Positions 53,948 to 64,000 of a stretch of 64,000 nucleotides of DNA are shown in pieces. Under the pieces are notes generated by a model. It saw nothing but the letters and a program-made list of their open reading frames with translations, did no database searches and was not told the DNA's origin. Origin of the DNA: Eledone cirrhosa (taxonomy: Eukaryota); contig OZ024747.1 of assembly GCA_964016885.1 (NCBI GenBank), forward strand, positions 64,976,001-65,040,000, in the 5' to 3' direction. The first letter of the stretch is position 1, and the number at the start of each line of letters is the position of its first letter. The translations under genes were made by a program, and so were the position numbers.

Positions 53948-54956
53948 CACACACACATTAACACATCCACATACATATTCACACGTACATATATCTATTC
54001 ACACAACCATATACATACACATATATTCACACATACACGCACACATTCACATATCCATATACATACACATATGTATATCCACACATACACATCCACAGAA
54101 ATATTCACATAGATACACACATCCACATGCGCATACATTCACACAACCACATACATACACATATAGATTCACACAAACACACACACACACACAGATATTC
54201 ACACTTATACACACATCTGCATACACACACATTCACACAACCACATACATACACATATACATTCACACCTACACATACACACAGATATTCACACTTAACC
54301 ACACATTCACACAACCACATACAAAAATGCATTGACACATACACACAGATATTCACACATACACATACATATTCACACATACACATACATATTCCCACAT
54401 ACACATACATTCACATGGTGGCTGCCAACTCGTTTTCGAGTACGGCCACTACTTTATATCCATGTAGGAGAACTCCTACCGATGCGCTGAACGAGTGTGA
54501 CTTTTTAGTCCAGCCTGCGACTTGAAAACTCTGGTACAAAGACTACACTTGTGACAATTATTGACACATAGTGCTGGGCCCATGGTACCATGTGACGACA
54601 AGTGCAGAGAGATCTCCAGATATAAAGCAATGCTTGTGCCGTGAAGCTTTTATAGTGAGCAAAGGCACTGCACAAAGCCAGTCCCACTCTCTTAACCAAG
54701 ATGATATTTACCAAAAAGAAGAACAAGTCAACATCATTGGATACCATCAGGGTTGCAGGTGTTATATCGGAGTTTTCCTTCTCCTAGAATTCTGCCTTGA
54801 CAAAGGCTAAGGGGTCATCTCTCCCGGTGATTTTGGATGGCCATTGACTCTTAAGAGCTCCTTTGCCCTTTGACAGGTTTTGTTTTTAGTCCTGCAGGAT
54901 GTCCAAAGTCACCCTCCTCACCAAGAAACATTGGTGGGGTTGCCAGTTTAGTCGCA

Positions 54957-55580
54957 ATGGGGTGGGATGGGGGGATGGGGGGATGGATGACAGGATGGAT
55001 AGCTGGTTGGATGGATGGATGGGGGGATGGGGGGATGGATGACAGGATGGATAGCTGGTTGGATGGATGGATGGGGGGATGGATGGATGGATCACTGGAT
55101 GGATAGCTGGTTGGATGGGTGGATGGGGGTGGGGGATGGGGGGAGGGGTGACAGGATGGATAGCTGGTTGAATGGATTGATGGATGGATGGATGGATCAC
55201 TGGATGGATAGCTGGCTGGATGGATGGATGAGGGGATGGGTGGATGGATGACAGGATGGATAGCTGGTTGGATGGATGGATGACAGGATGGGTGACAGGA
55301 TGGGTGACAGGATGGGTGACAGGATGGGTGACAGGGTGGATAGCTGACTGGCTGGATGGATGGGTGACAGGGTGGATAGCTGGCTGGTTGGATGGATGGG
55401 TGACAGGGTGGATAGCTGGCTGGTTGGATGGATGGGTGACAGGGTGGATAGCTGGCTGGTTGGATGGATGGATGGATAACAGGATGGGTGACAGGATGGG
55501 TGACAGGATGGGTGACAGGGTGGATAGCTGGCTGGCTGGATGACAGGACAGCTAGCTGACTGGCTAGATGGATGGATGGA
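54957..55580. repeat. GGAT-derived compound G-rich satellite
   Basis: GGATGGGTGACA and GGATAGCTGGTT units. Confidence 0.9.
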
Positions 55581-55874
55581 CAAATAGATAGAGAGATAGA
55601 AAGGGAGATGATAGCTAGAAATTGAAAGAGTGAGAAGGCTATTTACCATGATATATATTAACTACTGCGTAGAGTTACTTCTCCTGCACCAGAGAAAACA
55701 AAATAATAATAAAAATCGCAATAAAAATATATATTAATAAAGATACGACATTGTTTTAGTAATATCTTATGACGTTCTACAAGTCATACAACTCTGACTA
55801 CCACAGTCTACAACGTTGTCTCAATAATATCATATTTATGGTGATATTTCCTGACTACCGCAGACTAACTATAA

Positions 55875-56050
55875 TCTACTTTTTGACACAAGGCCAGCAA
55901 TTAATCCAGTACATTACTGGTACTTTATTTTATCGACCCCGTAAGGATGAAAGGCAAAGTTAACCTCGGCGGGAATTGAACTCAGGCTGTAAAGGGGCGT
56001 AACTCTGTGCTGCAAAGCATGGCGTCCGACCCTCTACTGATACTGCCATA
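55875..56050 (-). mobile_element. SINE family A (another copy on + at 56480-56648; older relative at 56785-56950)
   Basis: Family A head, B box and core. Confidence 0.82.
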
Positions 56051-56082
56051 TTGTCTTAGTGGTATCTTACGATGTTCTACAT

Positions 56083-56277
56083 CAGTGGTTCCTAACCTTT
56101 TTTAGCTCATGGCCCACTTTGAACCCAGAATTTTTCTGTGGCCCCTGAAATTATTATAGTGTAAAAAAAACTACTCCCATTTTACATAGAATTTGTAAAA
56201 TTTATAAAATTTATGTGGCCCGCCTGGAATTTGCCATGGCCCAGTTTAGCCATGTGGCCAGAGGTTGGAAAGTCTTG
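56083..56277. mobile_element. hAT-type MITE
   Basis: CAGTGGTTCCTAACC / GGTTGGAAAGTCTTG ends; perfect 8-bp TSD TTCTACAT at 56075-56082 and 56278-56285. Confidence 0.82.
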
Positions 56278-58949
56278 TTCTACATGACACGCAACTGTCA
56301 CATTTACTATGACTATCACAAATTAAGTATATCACTACCTCAGTATTATCTTACTTATGATGTTCTACATGACATCCTTCTCTAACTACCACAGACTAAC
56401 TACAACTTTCTCTCAATAGTACACTATGATGTTCTACAGGAACATCAAAATGTATTACATATATTATGTAGAACATCATAGAGGATCGGACGTCATGCTT
56501 TTACGCATAGAGTTACGGCCCTTTCTATTCTGAGTTCAAATGCCGCCGAGGTCAACTTTGCCTTTCATCCTTACGGGGTCGATAAAATAAAGTACCAGTA
56601 ATGTACTGGGTAATTGCTGGCCTTGTGCGAAAAGTAGAAACAATTATGATGTTCTACAATGTTTAAGTACAGCATTCGCTGATACTAAAACACGTCAGTG
56701 ACTTCCTTAGTGACCTTAGCTTGTAACTACGGCCGTCATCCACTTCACAATCGCGTATGACTTAGTGGCATATATTGTGTTTTATAAGCAGCGAATTGGT
56801 AGAGTCGTTAGAACGTCGGATAGAATGCTTTATGGCATTCATTCCAGCTCTCTGCTCTCCGAGTTCAAATCCCGTTGAGGTCAACTTTTCCTTTTATCCT
56901 TTCGAGGTCGATAAAAAAAGTACCAATCTAGTACTGAGGTACCAATCTAGTACTGATTCTTCTTCTAATATCTCTTTCTCATTTCCTCTCTCTCTCACTG
57001 TCTATCTTTCTCTGGAAGAAATCTGCTGTACTCAGGCCTGGAAAGGGATGGGCTCCGCCGGGCGTAAAATGCCCAAGAAACGCCATATGTCAATACGGCG
57101 CCCCTACGACTCTATCAGGAGTTACTGGACCATACATACATATACATACTGTGCTTTAGCTTAGTGTTTTTCAGTGCAGATTCGAGCCAACACAGACATC
57201 TTTTCAGCCCTCCCCCTTGATCCAGTAGAACATCCAACGCCGAAAGAATGAAAAGCAAACAAGACTGCCGCATTTTTTAAACTCAATATGACAATAAGTA
57301 ACTTGATATATACTGTGTTTTCTTGTAGAACTTAATTTAAACAAAATAGTTTAGTAAATATTATATATTTTACATAGATTGTATTTTTATAACTACGGTT
57401 TATTTTTCAAGTATTAATTATCTATTTTTTACTTAAACTGACTACTTATTTTATCTTACAAAAACCTCTTTCCTCCTCTCATTTCATATAGAATTCTTTT
57501 CTAAAATTGGACTAAATATTATCTATGGTGAAGCATTAAAACATGATACGTTCTATTCCGTAGAATTCTAATTTAGTTCTGTGACAGTTATTGCTGTGTG
57601 TTTAAACCAATGTCTTCATATATTGCAACAAGAAACATAGTTGGCCAATGAATTTGACAGAATTATTGTCTCGTTATCTTAGTATATTCTAAGGTTATCT
57701 TTCAAATAAAGCTATTTAGCTGTCTTCTATGATAGTCGACTGTTTCAAAACACTAGATAAATGTATATTTACTCTTCATCAACTTAACATTTTTAAAATT
57801 GATTATTTATTGATATTTTCTTTCTTGCTGAGAGGTTCTATCTTAATTTTATTGTTGACGTTTTTCTCTTTTACCTTTTCAAATTTTAATTACAAAGTTT
57901 TGCTAAAATTACTTTTTTCAAACTCTAACCCTTACCCTTGTAAATATATACATTAATATTCTCAATATTCACGAAGCTGGCAAATTGGCAGAAACAGACG
58001 ATCAGCTTAAAATGCAATGCAGTATATAGATTTAGAAACTTTTGTTTTATATATTATTTCAAATCTTGCCGAGATCCAGTTTGCCTTTCATCCATGGACT
58101 AAACAACGTCAACAGCTATAACTACGGCCAACTCTCGAGGTGACGTGTACATCGTCTGCCGATGTCTGAGAAATATCAACCAAGTATAATTTAGTTTACA
58201 ACTCATTGACTTACCCCACACACCCCACCTCCCACACACACAAATGACACCTTGTACAATGTGGTCTTAGATGAACTTTGTCTGAAAATAAAAATAAAAA
58301 ATAAAAAAATCAAAGTTAAAATGCCTTAAATTCTAAGTCTCCTTGTCATGGTTGACCTGGGATTAAACAACAACACAATAACTACATTCATGTCTCAAGG
58401 TGTGTTCAACGTTGTGAGTTGGTTTATATTTTGAGGACTAGCATCAAAATATAAACCAACTCACAATCGATTGAATCAAAATGGTGACACATTTTACAAT
58501 ATTGTCCTAGAGGAACTATGCCTGAACATAAAAGTTGGAATGGTAAATTTTGAAATGCTTTTGATCGAAGATCTACTCGATCAAAACTAACCTGCAGCTA
58601 AATATCAACAGATACAGCTAAATCTTCTAAATATAAACACGTAGATTTGATCTTTGGTACTTGTCATTTCTTTTTCTCTAACTTCCTTAACATTACTACT
58701 GCTACTACAACTACAGCTGTCACTCCCAATCTACTATGACCTGGTAGTTTTAATAAGATATCTCTAAGTGTTTTAGGTGTCCATGTAGTCGTGAACAGAC
58801 ACATTCGTGACTGGTGACCCAGATGAACACACAAGATGTGACATTTGAAAGGCAAAAGGGTAGCAGAAACAGCAACGGGCTAATGTTTTCTTTATTGATT
58901 CCATAAGGATGAACACAAAAGTAGAACTGAATAGGATTTGATATAACCT

Positions 58950-59547
58950 AATACCCTAAAAAATATCAGCGAAATTTGAGCGAAAAGGTGGTATTTTCGA
59001 ATATTTAAGCGGCTGCCACGCCGTTCCTGAACAAAAAATCAAAAATATAAAGCCTCTTTAAGACGTGAAATAATCAGATCTAGCGTAGTGTAAAATTTGA
59101 ACAAAGTGGCTTGATAATGTGGGAGCTAGAGCCGAAAAAGTAGAAATTTGAGTATAAAAGTGGTATTTTTTAATATTTAAGCGGCTGCCACGCCGTCCAT
59201 GAACAGCAAATGCAAAATATAAAGCCATTACAGGGTGTGCAATGATAAATTCTATTTTGCTTTAAAATTTGAACGAAATCAGTGACAAAATGTGGGGGCT
59301 AGAGCCAAAAATCTTATTTTTCCATACCTAAAAAAAGGTGACCCCTCTATCGATTTTTATCTGCAGAATGACCCCAGAATTTAAAAAAAACGATACGCTG
59401 ATATATATAAAACACTCCCCGATGACTAATCTATGAGCCTGTAAAGTTTCATGAAAATCGGTCGTAAGATGTAGGCCCCTATAGGTAATACACAGACACA
59501 CACACACACACAACACACACACATACTTAATTTTATATATATACAGA
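58950..59547 (-). mobile_element. Helitron-like 5' portion
   Basis: TCTGTATATATATAAAA + (GT)n + ACCGATTTTCATGAAACTTT; internal repeats of about 170 bp containing AATATTTAAGCGGCTGCCACGCCGT. Confidence 0.55.
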
Positions 59548-59952
59548 TATCTGTGTTCGGAAAATTGTTTCCTTGTGCTATTTTGATTATAAGGGACTAT
59601 TGTGAGCTTTTAACTCTATATTTATTTTTGATGTATATATATATATATATATACATCGGACTTGGAAGGATACACATGACGTTGAGCGCTTGAACATAAT
59701 TACATTAGTATTTATTGATTGCACTGTTGTAGATGCAACTCCAGTTAGTCTACATTTTATAACACAAATATAATCGTGTATTGGTGTGTGTGTGTGTGTG
59801 TGTGTCTATGTGTGTGTTCAAAAGTAGTATGAATCTATAAAGAAATATGCTAGTTTTTGGTGAAATTTCGAGTAGAATATATTAGCTTTTTAGAAATAAT
59901 GTGGTTGCTTTCATATATTTTTTATTAACTCTACTAACAATATATCTATCTA

Positions 59953-59983
<31 letters not shown>

Positions 59984-60348
59984 CTGTGTGTAAATAATTT
60001 TCATGAAAGGTGCTGCCATAATATAGCTGTCTTCTGCACACATCTATACGTGATTGGTATTTTGTTTCATTTGATTTAATTGAAAATAATGCTCTCTCTT
60101 TCTCTCACAATCTCTCTGCCTCTTTCCTTGTCTATATCTACCCATCCATCTATCTATCTATCTATCTATCTATCTCACACTTGCGGAAGGAGGCCCGTGA
60201 GGTGGAATGGCTAATACAATGAGTATGGCTAGCTGTTTTCCTTGATAGCACTTTCGTCATCTTATTCACCCAATAGCGCAGTTTAGAAACACCAACCAGC
60301 TAAAGGTACACACTTCTTTTTCCTTTTTCTTTTTAATTTCGTTTCAGT

Positions 60349-60810
60349 TTTTTTTTTTTGTTTTGTTTTTTCTAATTCAGATATAAACTTAGTAAATATA
60401 TAGTTACAGCCCCGGCGGACAGAATGGAGAAGGCGTTTCCCCGGAGGACGGCAAGGGAGACGCGCTGGAAAAGCCACTCCAACTCGCGAGTCTCACACCT
60501 GCGGCTGGCCAGCTCAGCGCCTATGGTGGTGAGTAAGGAGGTAGCCCTGGGGCCGAGGACACCAGACGTCTCCACTGCTAGGGGTACGACCGCAACTTGT
60601 CGGAGAGCGACCGGTATTTGAGGAGTTTGGCCTCCTCAGCCCGACGTGCAGCAGAACCAGGGTCAGTCGCAGACGGCACCAGGTTGCGGTTGCAGAAAGT
60701 GTCGGTGCAAGTGGCATCCCAGACGAGGGGTTTGCCACCGCGGAACGGGAAGATTATCATGCCATCTGGCCTTTTGCCGTCCTCTCGATCCAGCCCCACC
60801 GGCTCTTTTG
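60349..60810 (-). mobile_element. 5'-truncated CRE-like LINE (RLE domain) with A-rich tail
   Basis: EPVGLDREDGKRPDG..WDATC.DT..AE..K..KY / VETSGVLG..LFQRVSLAVLRGNA; one frameshift. Confidence 0.85.
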
Positions 60811-61265
60811 AATAAGAAGAATATTTATCTTATCTTGTACAAATTATAAAGTCATTTTAATAATCCAAAGATTGGATAAATATTGTATTTTATATTTATA
60901 TATTAAATGGAGAAAAATCTTGTTTTTGTTTTATGTAACGACTGTCTGACTATAGCCTTTATATATAGAAACTTAGTTGAAGTTATTAGATGAATTATTA
61001 ATGGGAATTGTAATGATATGCTTATAATAATATATATAGTTACTTCGTTGTTTTATTTTTATGTAGACTAAAAGTTTGTTGTCCTATCAATATGGCAAAT
61101 ATGTTAATTCTTTCGAGTACTTTATACAACGCTGATCAATATGGCCGAATAATTGAGGTTTAAAGGTGAAACTATAAACTCCATGGGGGAGACTGACCAG
61201 AATATGACTTTAGGCTGACTTAAAACAGTTTGGTAATAGTATGTGCGTATGTATGCATATATATA

Positions 61266-61313
<48 letters not shown>

Positions 61314-62078
61314 ATGTATATGCGTGTATATATATATATATATATATACATATGTGCATTTGTATATATACATATATATATGTATATAAATATTTATACA
61401 TGCATATGCATGTGTGAGTGTGCGTGTGTGTGTGTGTGTGTATGCGTGCGCGTGTGTGTGTGTGTCTGAGTGTGTGTAAGACTTACGTATTCGGGCAAGT
61501 TGCAGCAAGTTACGGATATACAGGTAAATATGTATGAGATGCTAAACATATAGAAAGGCTGATAGGGATAGAATAGCAAGTATCAACAAAATAACTAAAG
61601 TACAAAAACTTGCAATATATGAACTGAATTCTCCGCAGAGTCTACGAGTTTAGATAGATTACGTTTAAGGCGTCGAATTTCTGTGGCGAAAAATCTCCTA
61701 CGAAAGAAATGATTATTTATGAAGCTAGTTATATCTGATAAGCGAAGTGAAATAAGGATTTAAAGCAGAGCCCATGGTACAAGCTGGTACAGGCTAATTT
61801 AATATAGTAAAAAAAATTGCGTTGAGGGGATATTGGAAATTTTGTAAAGCTGACGAAGTATGTATATAAAACGAATGCACAGAATCAGAAAAACGGGTCA
61901 ATTCTTGGGAAATAAAGCTAGACGTTTTCGATAATACAGTATATCTGTGTGTGCGTGTGTGTATGTCTGTGTGTGTGTGTGTGCGTGTGTGTGTGCGTGT
62001 GTGTGTGTGTGTGCGTGTGTGCGTGTGTGCGTGTGTGTGTGTGTGCGTGTGTGTGTGTGTGTGTGTGCGTGTGTGCGT

Positions 62079-62130
<52 letters not shown>

Positions 62131-62666
62131 GTGTGTGCGCGTAAAAGGCAGACAGTAATAACAAATATAACAAAACAAACGACACAGTAGATGGAAGAAA
62201 TATATTGGTTTAACGATTGAAATAGCAGGAAGTGGGTCTTAACGTTTATATATACATGTGCGTGTATATTTATATATATATATATGTGTGTGTGTGTATG
62301 TGTGTGTGGGGGAGGGGAGTGTTTATATATATATAAACCCATATATATATATATATACATATATACTTACATACATACATACATACACGTGTTTGTATGT
62401 ATGATATGAATATGATTTATTAAATGAGCAAAGAAATCAATAAAAGAAACGAATTCATAAGAATGAATGAGAAAGGAGTGAAAATAGAGAAAACATATAC
62501 ACTCCCTAAATTACTGTCACATTTACACACTCCCACAATTAGACATTTCTTCAATTAATGTCGCAATATACAGTATAACAAAGTCGTTATATTCTGGATT
62601 AGATTTAAAATTATTATTGGTCACAGGCATCTAATAAATACTGTTATAATCACTATATATATATAT

Positions 62667-62753
<87 letters not shown>

Positions 62754-62891
62754 TATATATATATATATGTGTGTGTGTGTAAGTATGAATATATACATAC
62801 ATATATATATATATATGTAAATATATATATATATGTAAGTATATATATATATATATATATACACATACATATATATATATAAATATGTAAG

Positions 62892-62923
<32 letters not shown>

Positions 62924-63267
62924 GATAAATCTACCAAGAGTTTACGGTAGTGTCCAATCCGTATGAAGAACTCAATGTAATCCGGATATCATGGAAAGAA
63001 GAGATGCAATGAAAAATCACTTTCGGTGAAAGATAAACGGAATACAGAGTCAAGATAAAATATTTAAAAAATAATGAATAAAACAATGAAACAGTTCCTT
63101 ATATTAAACAAAAAAAGTTCATTATTTAACGATCGTTTCTAGGATATATATGTGTTAGAATTGGCATGCATATTCAACAGATCTATGTACAAAATTATAC
63201 AAAATTATACAAACTATCAAAATTAAATATACATACCAACACATATATATGCCGTCTTCAGAAATAG

Positions 63268-63415
63268 ATTATTTCTGAAGACGGCATATATATGTGTTGG
63301 TATGTATATTTAATTTTGATAGTTTGTATAATTTTGTATAATTTTGTACATAGATCTGTTGAATATGCATGCCAATTCTAACACATATATATCCTAGAAA
63401 CGATCGTTAAATAAT
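63268..63415 (+). ncRNA. Type I hammerhead ribozyme with about 115-nt stem II (mirror copy on - strand at 63123-63266)
   Basis: ATTATTT-CTGAAGA-[..ATATATATGTGTTGG / CTAACACATATATAT..]-GAAA-C-GATC-G-TT|AAATAAT. Confidence 0.75.
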
Positions 63416-63601
63416 TGTTTCTACTTTAGGCACAAGGCCAGCAATTACCCAGTGCATTACTGGTACTTTATTTTATCGACCCCGTAAGGATGAAAGGCAA
63501 AGTCAACCTCGGCAGGATTTGAACTCAGATCGTAAAGGGACGTAACTATGCTGGAAAGCATGGCGTCCGACCCTCTACCGATACTGCCAATCCACCGCCC
63601 T
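63416..63601 (-). mobile_element. SINE family A, full length, 17-bp TSD
   Basis: TSD AACGATCGTTAAATAAT at 63399-63415 and 63602-63618. Confidence 0.93.
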
Positions 63602-63676
63602 AACGATCGTTAAATAATGAACTTTTTTTGTTTAATATAAGGAACTGTTTCATTGTTTTATTCATTATTTTTTTAA

Positions 63677-63760
<84 letters not shown>

Positions 63761-64000
63761 GACACACAGACATACATACAAACATGCATATATATGGGTG
63801 TGTGTATGTATGAATTGTGACAATGAATGAGAATATAAGAATGTACAGAAAGGCTGTATGTTGCCGTGAGAATTTGGTTGGTCCGAGTGAAATTTATTTG
63901 GGCAAGTTGCCGCATAATGTCACACTCTTTCACGTCCTGGGTTCCAATCTCACCGATGCGAGCTTCGCTTTTCATCCTTACGGGGTCGATAAAAGAAAGT

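Larger units (their letters stand above)
62921..63682. mobile_element. Fold-back PLE terminal-repeat derivative, family E, interrupted by a SINE
   Basis: About 210-bp arms, 3-nt loop at 63267-63269, about 135-nt tail on the left, (TA)n on both sides. Confidence 0.85.

Noticed and set aside
54870-55649. W/M/D/G-rich ORFs
   Set aside because: GGAT-derived satellite; open in several frames on both strands

Overview
Eukaryotic, very AT- and microsatellite-rich, repeat-dominated DNA. The SINE content and repeat style suggest an octopus or other cephalopod intron/intergenic region (inference). No host protein-coding gene can be confirmed; most listed ORFs are (TA)n/(CA)n/(TAA)n translation artefacts, and one candidate exon lies at 18757-18876. 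Recognisable coding remnants all come from transposons: R4/Dong-like RT+RLE LINEs, RTE-type LINEs (one with a 5' inversion), a Tx1/L1-type LINE as a 3.2-kb head-to-head pair with two 3' ends, CRE-like RLE fragments, a Chapaev-like transposase, and three Penelope-like (PLE) GIY-YIG endonuclease remnants with a CxCx5C motif. Non-autonomous Helitrons, hAT MITEs and two tRNA-SINE families are also present. The main signal is a (TA)n-targeted system of PLE terminal-repeat derivatives. About a dozen fold-back insertions share one asymmetric design, (TA)n-tail-arm-turn-arm-(TA)n. About 19 type I hammerhead-ribozyme motifs can be folded by eye. They include canonical minimal forms with palindromic loop III, U3-A8 covariant cores, a GCAA core variant, forms with greatly extended stem II or III, and a 540-bp partial-tandem retrozyme-like unit. 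All ribozyme calls are manual folds and untested.
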